Source of the DNA: Minwuia sp.
GTDB taxonomy: Bacteria > Pseudomonadota > Alphaproteobacteria > Minwuiales > Minwuiaceae
Direction: 5' to 3'
NCBI RefSeq assembly: GCF_048263705.1
Contig: NZ_JBLXDV010000009.1
Coordinates: 14,781-78,780 of the forward strand
DNA: 64,000 bases
Shown: one piece after another, positions 31,533 through 41,185 of the stretch
How the letters are laid out: each line of letters opens with the position of its first letter
How positions within the stretch are numbered: the first letter of the stretch is position 1
The notes under the pieces: model-generated
Told to the model about the DNA's origin: nothing
The model's input: only the letters and a program-made list of their open reading frames with translations
Database searches by the model: none
Position numbers and translations under genes: made by a program

Positions 31533-31594
31533 TTGTCTCTCCCCAGAGTTTCAATTCTCTGACCTCTCGCGTCATCCAGTCTGCGCGATCCTCG

Positions 31595-32416
31595 CTAGGA
31601 TTTCGCAAGCGGAAGCGCGATCGCGGCTTCGTCGCCGATCGCACGAAAGGACAATGTCTCCTCAAGATACAACTTTACGTGCCGGGCGTCATGGCTCGAA
31701 TAACCGATGGCAAAGTCGCGTCCGACGTATAGCTCGAAATCGCCGCCGCGACGGGACAGGATCAGCCCGCCCTCGACGGCACGGCTGGGCACGACGGGCC
31801 CGTCGAGCAGATGGCGCGCATGATCCAGCACGCGCCGCCCCGTGTCGGAGACCGCTGCCTGCAGGCGGATGTAGAGGTCCACGGGCAGAACCATGGCGAA
31901 AGGCCCCTGCACGCCCTCAAGGCGCAGCTTTTCCAGCGCTTCGGCGATCGATTCCGGCAGTTTTGCGGGATCGTCGGGCAGATCGCCGGCAGATGAGGCA
32001 ACACTGGTCATGACGCCGTGGATGCCCGCCGCCTCGTAGCCTTGAAAGACCAGGCGATCCTCGGCCAGCGCGATCGTGCGCGCGGCGGCCACCACCGGAT
32101 CGAGGTCCGCGTCTTCCGCGCCGCGGTCGAGATTTTCCAGTTCGTCGATCTCGATTTCGAACGGCACGCGCAGTTCGACCATCGGCAGAACCACGCGCTG
32201 GCGCGCGGAAACATCGTCGGCCAGAGGCTCATCGATCTGCCGCACACGTCCGGTGGCGACAGCGTCGTGGTGATAGCCGAGCGGTCCCTTGAAATCGACC
32301 ACCTGGCGGGCGGCCAGAACGGTCTTCAGGGTCGTGGCGGCGGCCTCTTCGATTTCCGTCCAGGCATTCTTCGAGACGGGTGCCAGCCCGCGTTTCAGGT
32401 CGTCCATGATTTTCAC
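31595..32416 (-). CDS. enc: family 1 encapsulin nanocompartment shell protein (linocin M18-like)
   Basis: 273 aa. N-terminus MKIMDDLKRGLAPVSKNAWTEIEEAAATTLKTVLAARQVVDFKGPLGYHHDAVATGRV follows the HK97-fold family-1 encapsulin pattern as I recall it (no alignment run). A cargo gene lies immediately upstream. Confidence 0.75.
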   Translation of the reverse strand: MKIMDDLKRGLAPVSKNAWTEIEEAAATTLKTVLAARQVVDFKGPLGYHHDAVATGRVRQIDEPLADDVSARQRVVLPMVELRVPFEIEIDELENLDRGAEDADLDPVVAAARTIALAEDRLVFQGYEAAGIHGVMTSVASSAGDLPDDPAKLPESIAEALEKLRLEGVQGPFAMVLPVDLYIRLQAAVSDTGRRVLDHARHLLDGPVVPSRAVEGGLILSRRGGDFELYVGRDFAIGYSSHDARHVKLYLEETLSFRAIGDEAAIALPLAKS

Positions 32417-32417
32417 C

Positions 32418-32783
32418 TCAATCCTTCAGGTCGCGGATGCCGAGATCGCCCTGGTTGCGTCGGGGAGTCGCCCGCAGGACGTCATCGTCGTCACCGTGCT
32501 CGCCGGTGATCGGTCCGTCCTTGAACAGGATGCTCTTCATCTGTTCGTCCAGCCGGGGCATGCGCCGCCGCAGCCATTCCAGCGTCATCACCGCGTGTTC
32601 GATCTCTTCATCCCGATTGTGACCCAGTATGGCCTTCAGGTCGGCGTCGCCGGTGGCGTCGGCGCGCTGCTGGTACCAGTCAACCGCCTCGAATTCCTCC
32701 ATCAGGGAGACGATGGCCCTGTGCAGGTCCAGCGTTTCCTCGGACAGGCGTTCGATCGGCTCATGTAGCCCTTCACTGGCCAT
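32418..32783 (-). CDS. encapsulated ferritin-like protein (EncFtn) cargo with C-terminal targeting peptide
   Basis: 121 aa. ExxH ferroxidase-type motifs (EEFEAVDWYQQRAD, DEEIEHAVMTLEW). C-terminal GDLGIRDLKD resembles the family-1 encapsulin targeting peptide (GSLGIGSLKG-like). Stop sits 1 nt before the encapsulin start. Confidence 0.7.
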   Translation of the reverse strand: MASEGLHEPIERLSEETLDLHRAIVSLMEEFEAVDWYQQRADATGDADLKAILGHNRDEEIEHAVMTLEWLRRRMPRLDEQMKSILFKDGPITGEHGDDDDVLRATPRRNQGDLGIRDLKD

Positions 32784-32920
32784 TCTGATAATCCTTCCCT
32801 GATGCGGTCTGACGACTAGACTGGCTAGATGTGCAATCGGGGCAGGCGTCTCAACCGGTACGAATGTCGCGGCAGATATGCGGCACCGGATATGCTGACG
32901 GAACGGGGAAGCGGCGAAAC

Positions 32921-33910
32921 ATGAAACAGATGCAGTTCACACGATTTGGCGATCCGGCGGACGTTGCGGAGATCATCGAGGTGGATGCACCCGGCGATCC
33001 CGGACCGGGCCGCGTCAATGTCCGTGTTCTGGCCAGTCCGATCAATCCGGCAGACCTGCTGAACATGGAAGGCCGCTACGGTGCCGAACTGCCGCCGCTG
33101 CCGGCGACCCAGGGGGCCGAGGGCGTCGGGCGCATCATCGCGGTCGGCGACGGTGTCGACAACGTCAAGGTCGGCGATCTGGTCACCCCGCCCGCGCGCG
33201 GGCTGTGGCGCGAGATCGTGCAGGGTCCGGCCGCGGGACTTGTCGCCCTGCCGGCCGATGCGGACATTCTCCAGCTGTCCATGCTGCGCGCCAATCCGGC
33301 CTCGGCCTGGCTGATGCTGCGGGACTATGTGACCCTGGAAAGCGGCGATTACGTCATCCAGAACGCGGCCAATTCGGCGGTCGGGCGTCACATCATCCGT
33401 CTCGCGAAATCCCAGGGCTGGAAGACCGTCAACGTGGTCCGGCGTCCCGACCTGATCGACGAACTGACCGGACTGGGCGCGGACCACGTCTTCGTCGACG
33501 GCGAAGACCTGCCGGACCGGGTGGTCGAGGCCACGGGCGGCAATCTGCCCCGGCTGGCCATCGATGCGGTCGGCGGCACCTCGGTCCAGCGTCTGGCAAG
33601 GGCGACTGCCGATGGCGGCACGGTGGTGAACTACGGGCTGCTGTCGGGCGATCCGCTGATGATCGACGCGCGCGAGACCGTCTTCCGCGACCTGACGATC
33701 CGGGGCTTCTGGCTGGCGCCCTGGTTTGCGAAGACCGACCCGCGCGAGATCGGAACCACCTACGCCTTCCTTGGCAAGAAGATGGCGGAAGGGCTGTTGC
33801 ATGTGCCGGTCGAGGCGACCTATCCGCTGGAGCGCGTGAAGGAAGCCGTGGCCCACGCCGGCCGCGACGGCCGCAACGGCAAGGTCATCATCACCATGGA
33901 TGATGTCTGA
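32921..33910 (+). CDS. zinc-independent MDR-family NAD(P)H quinone oxidoreductase / enoyl reductase
   Basis: 329 aa from MKQMQFTRFGDP. Medium-chain reductase fold with Rossmann motif AANSAVGRHIIRLA. Confidence 0.7.
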   Translation: MKQMQFTRFGDPADVAEIIEVDAPGDPGPGRVNVRVLASPINPADLLNMEGRYGAELPPLPATQGAEGVGRIIAVGDGVDNVKVGDLVTPPARGLWREIVQGPAAGLVALPADADILQLSMLRANPASAWLMLRDYVTLESGDYVIQNAANSAVGRHIIRLAKSQGWKTVNVVRRPDLIDELTGLGADHVFVDGEDLPDRVVEATGGNLPRLAIDAVGGTSVQRLARATADGGTVVNYGLLSGDPLMIDARETVFRDLTIRGFWLAPWFAKTDPREIGTTYAFLGKKMAEGLLHVPVEATYPLERVKEAVAHAGRDGRNGKVIITMDDV

Positions 33911-34613
33911 GCGCATGAAAAAGCCGGTCCTGCTCGTGGTGCACCAGAAGCATTCCGATCCCGGCCGGATCGGCATGCGGCTGAGAACGCTGGGTTATCC
34001 GATCGAGATCTGCCGCCATGCCTGCGGCGATCCCCTGCCTGAAAGCATGGACGACTATGCCGGGACCGTGGTCTTCGGCGGTCCGATGAGCGCCAACGAT
34101 GACCATGAACCCTACATCCGCAACGAACTGGACTGGACGCCGGGCGTGATCGAGAGCGGGACGCCGTACCTCGGCGTCTGTCTCGGCGCACAGATCATGG
34201 CGCGGGCCTACGGCGGATCGGTCGCAGAACATCCCGAAGGCCAGGTCGAGATCGGCTATTACAAGATACGCGCGACGCAGGCGGGCGAGGCCTGGTTTCC
34301 CGAGGAAATGTGCATCTTCCAGTGGCACCGCGAGGGGCTGGAACTGCCCGAATGCGCCACCCTGCTGGCGACCAGCGATCACTTCCAGAATCAGGCGCTG
34401 GGCATCGGAGCGAACGGCATCGGCATCCAGTTCCACCCGGAAGTCACGGAGCAGATGAACCGGCGCTGGCTGATCGGCGGTGCCGAGCGGCTGACCCTGC
34501 CCGGCGCACAGCAACCGGACGAACACCACGCGGGCCGCGCAGCACATGATCCGTTCGTCGATGACTGGGTGGACGGTTTCCTGGCGGACTGGCTGAAAAC
34601 CGACCAGCGGTAA
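33900..34613 (+). CDS. class I glutamine amidotransferase (GMP synthase-like) protein
   Basis: 237 aa. Catalytic GVCLGAQ Cys motif and a His/Glu pair near the C-terminus. Confidence 0.7.
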   Translation: MMSERMKKPVLLVVHQKHSDPGRIGMRLRTLGYPIEICRHACGDPLPESMDDYAGTVVFGGPMSANDDHEPYIRNELDWTPGVIESGTPYLGVCLGAQIMARAYGGSVAEHPEGQVEIGYYKIRATQAGEAWFPEEMCIFQWHREGLELPECATLLATSDHFQNQALGIGANGIGIQFHPEVTEQMNRRWLIGGAERLTLPGAQQPDEHHAGRAAHDPFVDDWVDGFLADWLKTDQR

Positions 34614-34638
34614 AACGACCCGGCGACCCTACGGTGCC

Positions 34639-35223
34639 TTACTGTCCGGGGGCGTGCGGCGGGTCGCCGGTCAGCGCGCCGCCAGCCAGGATGAGCTCTT
34701 CCGCCAGCCCGCATTCATCCGGGTGCATCATCCGTTGGTCGCCCTCGACTGACCAATCCTGAACCATAAACTGTTTCTGAATTTCCGGACCAAACCGGCC
34801 CTCAGAAATACGGGTCTGCATGATCGCTTGAGTAGCTGCCTGTGTTGCATTGTACCGATATCCCTCCAGCTCATCATCATATTTCCCACCACCGTACAGG
34901 TAATTAAAATATGTCGCCCCGGTCATATGGATTTCATTTTCTACTATCTCGATGCCCGGCCAGTCTGCCGGAATAATATCTCTATAATACTTCAATACGT
35001 GAAATCTGAATTCCAACGTGTAAATTCCATTGATCGTTTTTAGTCGTCCGTACCGTGGATATAAATCTGGATCTCTTTCATAATTCTTGCACGCGGCCGT
35101 ATAATCGAAAAACGGGTATGTGTAGAATGACCAGTATATAAAATAGATTGCGAGACCCACCGTTCCGGCAAAAACGATACAGATGATTATCTTCCCACCC
35201 CTTTTTCCGAGCGTACTGATCAT
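34639..35223 (-). CDS. hypothetical membrane-anchored protein encoded by a low-GC segment
   Basis: 194 aa. N-terminal TM (IIICIVFAGTVGLAIYFIYWSFYTY), then a Tyr/Asn-rich domain. Codon usage is AT-rich, unlike its neighbours, with GC dropping sharply between about 34790 and 35225. No homology recognised. Confidence 0.55.
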   Translation of the reverse strand: MISTLGKRGGKIIICIVFAGTVGLAIYFIYWSFYTYPFFDYTAACKNYERDPDLYPRYGRLKTINGIYTLEFRFHVLKYYRDIIPADWPGIEIVENEIHMTGATYFNYLYGGGKYDDELEGYRYNATQAATQAIMQTRISEGRFGPEIQKQFMVQDWSVEGDQRMMHPDECGLAEELILAGGALTGDPPHAPGQ

Positions 35224-35515
35224 TCGATCTCCGCCAGATTGTCAGGGATCAGTGTTTCGGGAGTAACGTCACGCCAGTCAAACCAGACGACGTGCCGGTT
35301 CCCGTCATCGGGTTGGCGTCGCATGGCGGTTGTTTCGCTATCTTTCATGGCCGAAATATGACGTCGGCACCCCTAGACGGGCTCCGATGTTCGGGGGCGG
35401 ATCGGTCGCGCAAGATTGCGTCGTCGGAACACTGCTGCTCCATTCGCGCGCTGCCGATGACCGTGCGGCGCTTACCTGAGCGTTTCGTGTTTCTGGCGGG
35501 CGACCGCGATTTTTC

Positions 35516-36979
35516 TCACTCGTATCCCGGCGGGCAGAGGGCACCGCCGAAGCTTTCCTCGATCAGTTGCGCGAAGCGGATGGTGGTGAGATCGCCCAGA
35601 TAGGGGCCGATGATCTGTACGCTGAGCGGCAGGTTGGACTGCGCGCCCAGGCCGATCGGGGCAGCGGTGCCGGGCAGGTAGACAGCGCCCGAAATGCCCG
35701 CCCAGAACAGCTGATCATTGTAGGGCACCTTGTGGCCGTTGATCTCGATCTCGCGGATCTCGCGCGGCTGGTCCTCGTTGCGGGGGAACGCGGCGGACGC
35801 GGCCTGCGGACAGAGCAGCAGGTCGTAGTCCTGGAAGAACGCGTTCCACTTGTCGCGATAGCCGTAACGGCGCTGATCGGCGGCGGCCCAGTCGTAATAG
35901 CTGATGGTCCCCGCCCGCGCGTTCATGGCGAAATAGCTGTCATCATCATCCGACAGCTTGGCGACCTCGTCCCTGAACCACTGATAGGCATCGGCGGGCA
36001 GCCGCGCGTGGGTCACGGGCCGGAACAGGCGGAAATAATCGAGGTGATATTCCTCCCAGTCGACCTCGAACGGGTCGCGCTCGTCGACCGTGGCACCTTC
36101 GGCCCGCAGCTTCTCGGCCAGATCGCGCAGGGCGTCCTGATATTCGGCTTCGGTCTCGGTCACCGGCGAGCCGAGCATCAGCGCCACCTTGAAGTCCCCC
36201 AGATCGTCCTTCTCGGGCTTCGGCAGGTTCAGCGTCCAGCCCGCACCGTAGATCGGGTCGTCGCCCGCCACGGCCAGCAGCGCGGCCTCCAGATCGCGGG
36301 CCGAACGGGCCAGCGGTCCGCAGACCGCCACGTCGCCCGGCGCGTTGGACGGCTTCTTCCAGTGGCCGCGCTTGGGCACGATGCCATAGGTCGGCTTGTG
36401 CCCGAACACGCCGCAGTAATGCGCGGGGTTGCGGACGGACGCGCCAATATCGGATCCGAACTCCAGCGCGCTCAGGCCTGCGGCCAGCGCCGCCGCCGAG
36501 CCACCCGACGACCCGCCCGGCGTGCGTGTCGGATCCCACGGATTCCCGGTGCCGCCATAGACGTCGTTGTAGGACTGCCAGTCGGTCAGGTTCAGCGGCA
36601 CATTGGTCTTGCCGAAGACATTCGCCCCCGCGCGCTTGATCCGCTCCACGACGACGGCATCGGCATCGGCCATGTTGCCCTTCATCGCCGGATCGCCCCA
36701 GGTCGTCTGGAAGCCGGTGACGTTGTAGCTTTCCTTCACGGTCATCGGCACGCCGTGGAACGGGCCGAGGCAGTAACCGCGGTCCAGCAGCTTGTCCAGA
36801 CCCTCGGCGGCGACCTTCGCGCCCTCGAAATCATGCGCGATGACGGCATTGATCTGCGGGTTCAGACGCTCGACACGGTCCTGCATGATCTCCAGCGCCT
36901 CGACGGCAGTGGTGCGGCCCTCGCGGATGTCGGCGGCGATCTGTGTCGCGTCGCGGCGATGCAGCGGTGTCTCGGTCAT
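35516..36979 (-). CDS. amidase (amidase signature family)
   Basis: 487 aa. AS signature GGSSGGSAAALAAG with Ser-cisSer-Lys catalytic context. Confidence 0.85.
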   Translation of the reverse strand: MTETPLHRRDATQIAADIREGRTTAVEALEIMQDRVERLNPQINAVIAHDFEGAKVAAEGLDKLLDRGYCLGPFHGVPMTVKESYNVTGFQTTWGDPAMKGNMADADAVVVERIKRAGANVFGKTNVPLNLTDWQSYNDVYGGTGNPWDPTRTPGGSSGGSAAALAAGLSALEFGSDIGASVRNPAHYCGVFGHKPTYGIVPKRGHWKKPSNAPGDVAVCGPLARSARDLEAALLAVAGDDPIYGAGWTLNLPKPEKDDLGDFKVALMLGSPVTETEAEYQDALRDLAEKLRAEGATVDERDPFEVDWEEYHLDYFRLFRPVTHARLPADAYQWFRDEVAKLSDDDDSYFAMNARAGTISYYDWAAADQRRYGYRDKWNAFFQDYDLLLCPQAASAAFPRNEDQPREIREIEINGHKVPYNDQLFWAGISGAVYLPGTAAPIGLGAQSNLPLSVQIIGPYLGDLTTIRFAQLIEESFGGALCPPGYE

Positions 36980-37075
36980 GGCGTCTCGTCTCCCCGGATC
37001 AATTCAGCCAAAGTCTCGGGGATTTCATCACTCGGCGATAGCCCGATTTGCGTTGGGCTGGTATCACCTGCGCCG

Positions 37076-38215
37076 ATGACGACCGCGCTGTTCATACTCT
37101 TTGGCCTCTGTATTGCCGCATGGATCTATCTGATCGTGCTGCGCGGCGGTTACTGGCAGTTGCAGGAGCGCCTGCCCGGTGAGATGAAAACGCCGGAAAC
37201 CTGGCCCACGGTGGCCGTTGTCATTCCCGCACGCAACGAAGCGGACCTGATCGGCGAAACCGTGCGACGCCTGACGGAACAGACCTATCCGGGCGATCTG
37301 CGCCTCATCGTCGTGAACGATCACTCGGAAGACGGCACCGGCGACAAAGCCCGGCAGGCGGGCAATGACCGCACGGTCGTGATCGATGCCGAAGCCCGTC
37401 CGGAAGGCTGGATGGGCAAGGTCTGGGCGATGGAACAGGGTGTGCGCCATCTGCGGGAGATGGGTGCCGAGCCGGATTACATCCTGTTCACGGATGCGGA
37501 CATTCACCATCCGCCAGACAGCGTTTCGCGACTGGTGGCACATGCGGAAGAGGACCGGCGCGATCTGGTCTCGCTGATGGTCAGGCTGAAGGTCGAAACC
37601 TTCTGGGAGCGTCTGCTGATCCCGGTTTTCGTGCTGTTCTTCTCCAAGCTCTATCCCTTCGGCTGGGTCAACGATCCGACGAAGAGCACCGCAGCGGCGG
37701 CAGGCGGCTGCATGCTGGTGCGCAACGAGGTCGTGCAGCGTGCGAACCTGATGGAGGCGATACGCGGCGAGCTGATCGACGACTGTGCGCTGGCGCGGGC
37801 CGTGCGCGACGCCGGGTCTGGCCGCATCTGGCTCGGCCTGACGGAAGATGTGCACAGCGCCCGCGCCTACGGCGGCCTGTCCGGCGTCTGGGACATGGTG
37901 GCCCGCACGGCCTTCACACAGTTGCGCTTCTCCCCGATCCTGCTGCTTGGCAGTGTGGCGGGCATGATCTCTCTCTATCTGTCCTGGATGCTCGCCCTGC
38001 CCTTCGATATCGGCCTGGCAATCGGCTGCTTCGCCCTGCCGATCCTCACCTTCAGTCCGGCCCTGCGCCTTTACGGGCAACCGGCGTGGATGATGGCGCT
38101 GCTGCCGCTCGCGGGACTCATGTACGCCCTGATGACGCTCGACAGCGCGCGGCGGCACTGGACGGGCAGAGGCGGAAACTGGAAGGGTCGCTATCAGGCG
38201 AAGATCGCGAAATGA
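37076..38215 (+). CDS. hpnB: hopanoid-associated GT2 glycosyltransferase HpnB-like
   Basis: 379 aa from MTTALFILFGL. GT-A fold (VVIPARNEADLI ... DAD ... ) with C-terminal TM helices. Sits immediately upstream of hpnCDE and overlaps hpnC by 4 nt. Confidence 0.65.
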   Translation: MTTALFILFGLCIAAWIYLIVLRGGYWQLQERLPGEMKTPETWPTVAVVIPARNEADLIGETVRRLTEQTYPGDLRLIVVNDHSEDGTGDKARQAGNDRTVVIDAEARPEGWMGKVWAMEQGVRHLREMGAEPDYILFTDADIHHPPDSVSRLVAHAEEDRRDLVSLMVRLKVETFWERLLIPVFVLFFSKLYPFGWVNDPTKSTAAAAGGCMLVRNEVVQRANLMEAIRGELIDDCALARAVRDAGSGRIWLGLTEDVHSARAYGGLSGVWDMVARTAFTQLRFSPILLLGSVAGMISLYLSWMLALPFDIGLAIGCFALPILTFSPALRLYGQPAWMMALLPLAGLMYALMTLDSARRHWTGRGGNWKGRYQAKIAK

Positions 38216-39069
38216 GCCCCGGCACCGGCCAGATCGAGACCGCCTCGGGCAAGGGCGCGAAGGACGAGAACTTTCCCGTCGGGTCGTTCCTGCTGCCGAA
38301 ACGCCTGCGCCCGCATGTGGCCTGTTTCTACGCCTTCGCGCGGGCCGGTGACGACATCGCCGACAACCCCGACCTGAGCCCGGAGGAGAAGCTCGACAGG
38401 CTGCAGGCGTTCGACGACGCACTGGTCAACGGGTCGTCCGATCCGGCGCTCGCCAAACCTGACCGCCTGCGCGACAGTCTGCGCCAGACGAACGTCACGG
38501 ACCGCCATGCGCGCGACCTGCTGCGGGCTTTCATGCAGGACGCGGTGAAGACGCGCTACGACAGTTGGGACGATCTGATGGGGTACTGCCGCCTTTCCGC
38601 GTCGCCCGTGGGGCGCTATCTGCTGGACCTGCACGGCGAGGACCCGGCGGACTACGCCGTGTCCGATCCGCTGTGCGATGCGCTGCAGGTCATCAATCAC
38701 CTGCAGGACTGCCAGGAGGACTATCGCGACATGGACCGGGTGTATCTGCCGCAGGAGTGGCTGAAGGCCCGGGGCATCGACGAAACGGCGCTGAACGCAG
38801 ATTCCGCATCGCCGGCGCTGCGCGCGGTTCTGGATCAGTGCCTCGATGGCTGCGAGAACCTGATGATCAGGGCTCGCAAGATGCCGAAAAAGCTGCAATC
38901 AAGACATCTGGGTGCCGAATCTGCCGTGATCGTCGCTCTGGCGGATGCGCTGATGGAACAATTGCGGCGGCGCGATCCGCTGGCCGAACGCGTGGCATTC
39001 GGCAAACCGCGCATGGCGATGATCGCCGCCGGTGCGCTGGGACGCTTCTATCTGGGAGGACGTGCGTGA
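38212..39069 (+). CDS. hpnC: hydroxysqualene synthase HpnC (squalene/phytoene synthase family)
   Basis: 285 aa. ENFPVGSFLLP ... YAFARAGDDIADN Asp-rich motif. Followed by hpnD and hpnE. Confidence 0.8.
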   Translation: MSPGTGQIETASGKGAKDENFPVGSFLLPKRLRPHVACFYAFARAGDDIADNPDLSPEEKLDRLQAFDDALVNGSSDPALAKPDRLRDSLRQTNVTDRHARDLLRAFMQDAVKTRYDSWDDLMGYCRLSASPVGRYLLDLHGEDPADYAVSDPLCDALQVINHLQDCQEDYRDMDRVYLPQEWLKARGIDETALNADSASPALRAVLDQCLDGCENLMIRARKMPKKLQSRHLGAESAVIVALADALMEQLRRRDPLAERVAFGKPRMAMIAAGALGRFYLGGRA

Positions 39070-39917
39070 ACGCCGAACTGGAGAAGGCGCACGACCATGT
39101 GCGCCGCATCGTTGAAAAGTCGGGCACCTCGTTCGGGCTGGGCATGAAGATCCTGCCGGAGGATGGGCGCAGAGCCATGTACGGCGTCTATGCCTTCTGC
39201 CGGGAGATCGACGACATCGCCGACGAGCCCGGGACCGAACAGGCCAAGCGCGACGGGCTGGACAAATGGCGCAAGGAGGTCGAGCGGCTGTACCAGGGTC
39301 AGCCGGAAGATCTCACCATGGTGGCACTGCTGCCCGCCGTTGAAGCCTATGACCTGCCGAAACAGGAGTTTATCGAGCTGATCGACGGCATGGTGATGGA
39401 CGTCGACCTCGACTTCGGACGTGCCGAGCGTCTGGACCACAGCGGGCTTCACCTCTATTGCCGACGGGTCGCTGGCGCGGTGGGCATGCTGTCCATCCGC
39501 ATCTTCGGCGAACCTGATGCGACGCAGTTCGCGCTGGCCATGGGCGATGCGCTGCAACTGACCAACATCCTGCGCGACATCGGCGAGGATGCCGACGAGG
39601 GCCGCATCTATCTGCCCATCGACATGATCCGCGCCGAGGGGATCACAGCGACCGATCCGAAAGAAATCGTCCGTGACCCGCGCCTGACCGCCGTGTGCGA
39701 CCGGATCGCCGAGGAAGCCGACGCCCGCTTCCGAGACGCCGAGGAGCAGTCACGCCGCCATGACCGCCGGAAGCTGAAGCCCGCGCTGGTCATGGGATCG
39801 ATTTATCGCGGCTATCTGGACAAGCTGCTGGCGCGCGGCTTCGCCGACCCGACCGCGACGGTGAAGATGTCGAAAGCCGCGAAAGCCACCCGCGCCCTGC
39901 GCGCGATGATGGGCTGA
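39066..39917 (+). CDS. hpnD: presqualene diphosphate synthase HpnD
   Basis: GTG start overlapping the hpnC stop by 4 nt, with SD GGAGGA. YAFCREIDDIADE and second Asp-rich motif NILRDIGEDADEGRIYLP. Confidence 0.8.
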   Translation: MNAELEKAHDHVRRIVEKSGTSFGLGMKILPEDGRRAMYGVYAFCREIDDIADEPGTEQAKRDGLDKWRKEVERLYQGQPEDLTMVALLPAVEAYDLPKQEFIELIDGMVMDVDLDFGRAERLDHSGLHLYCRRVAGAVGMLSIRIFGEPDATQFALAMGDALQLTNILRDIGEDADEGRIYLPIDMIRAEGITATDPKEIVRDPRLTAVCDRIAEEADARFRDAEEQSRRHDRRKLKPALVMGSIYRGYLDKLLARGFADPTATVKMSKAAKATRALRAMMG

Positions 39918-39922
39918 CCGGT

Positions 39923-41185
39923 TTGGCGGGCACTGTCCATGTTCTCGGCGCCGGTCTCGCCGGACTTGCGGCAGCGCTGACGCTTTCGGCTGAAGGCCGC
40001 AAGGTCATCGTCCACGAAGCGGCCAACAAGGCAGGCGGGCGCTGCCGCAGCTACCATGATCCCTTGCTGAACCGCGTCATCGACAATGGCAACCACCTGA
40101 TGATGAGCGCCAACGATCACGTCTTTGCCTGGCTGGACGATATCGGCGCGCGCAGCCGCGTGGCGGTCACCGATCCGGCGGCCTACCCCTTCGTCAATGT
40201 CGAAACGGGCGAGCGCTGGACCGTGAGGCCCAATCGCGGCCCGATCCCGTGGTGGATTTTCGTGCCCTCGCGGCGTGTGAGGGGTGCACGGATCCGGGAT
40301 TTTCTGGAAGGCATCCGGTTGCTGAGGGCCGACCCTGAGAAGACCGTGGCCGATTGCCTGTCGCAGGACACGATGCTGTGGCGGCGTTTCTGGGAACCGC
40401 TAACGGTGGGCGCGCTGAACTGCGCGCCACACGAAGGGGCCGCCGCGCTGCTGGCGGAAGTCCATCGCCGGACCTTTGCCAAGGGCGAGGCCTTCTCGCG
40501 GCCCGTGTTCGTGAAGGAGAGCCTGGCCGACGCGCTGATCGACCCGGCCATCGCCCTGCTGGAACGCCGGGGCGTACAGGTCCGCCTGCGCAGCCGGGTG
40601 CGCGCGCTGCAATACGACAGCGACAGGCTGAACGGTTTCGCGACAACGCGTGAGGAAATCGTCCTTCACACCGATGACAGGGTGATCATGGCGCTGCCTT
40701 CGTGGGTGGCTGCGGAACTGATGCCCGAGATCGGGCCGCCGTCGGGCGCGCGGATGATCCTGAACCTGCACTTCCTGCTGGATGGAAAGCCGGACCTGCC
40801 GCCGGTCACCGGCCTGACGGGCAGCATTGCGCAATGGCTGTTCATCAAGGGTGAAGTCGCGTCCGTGACCGTCAGCGCGGCGGATCCGTTCGCCGAGACA
40901 CCAGCCGACGACATCTCGGCCCGGATCTGGCCGGAGATCGCCGTCGCGCTGGGTACGCCCGGGGCACCGCAACCGCCCTGCCGTGTGGTGAAGGAGAAGC
41001 GCGCGACTTTTCTGCAGACCCCCGCCAACGAGAAGCGCCGCCCCGGTGCGGTGACGCACTGGTCGAACCTTTTTCTGGCCGGGGACTGGACGGATACGGG
41101 CCTGCCCGCCACCATCGAAGGCGCACTGCAGTCGGGACGGACGGCAGCCGCCTCCGCTATGGCCCAGTCGGGAGGACCGTCATGA
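39923..41185 (+). CDS. hpnE: hydroxysqualene dehydroxylase HpnE (FAD amine-oxidase family)
   Basis: 420 aa. N-terminal dinucleotide fold VHVLGAGLAGLAAALTLSAEGRKVIVHEA. Confidence 0.8.
   Translation: MAGTVHVLGAGLAGLAAALTLSAEGRKVIVHEAANKAGGRCRSYHDPLLNRVIDNGNHLMMSANDHVFAWLDDIGARSRVAVTDPAAYPFVNVETGERWTVRPNRGPIPWWIFVPSRRVRGARIRDFLEGIRLLRADPEKTVADCLSQDTMLWRRFWEPLTVGALNCAPHEGAAALLAEVHRRTFAKGEAFSRPVFVKESLADALIDPAIALLERRGVQVRLRSRVRALQYDSDRLNGFATTREEIVLHTDDRVIMALPSWVAAELMPEIGPPSGARMILNLHFLLDGKPDLPPVTGLTGSIAQWLFIKGEVASVTVSAADPFAETPADDISARIWPEIAVALGTPGAPQPPCRVVKEKRATFLQTPANEKRRPGAVTHWSNLFLAGDWTDTGLPATIEGALQSGRTAAASAMAQSGGPS

Noticed and set aside
35292-35603. 103-aa ORF in the gap upstream of the low-GC gene
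   Set aside because: No RBS, and it overlaps the amidase 3' end on the opposite strand. Unprotein-like composition. Left as non-coding spacer.
35567-37075. 5' portion of the 882-aa plus-strand ORF, antisense to the amidase
   Set aside because: Only the part from ATG 37076 (HpnB) has protein-like sequence. The upstream 500 codons are antisense to the amidase and lack any family features.
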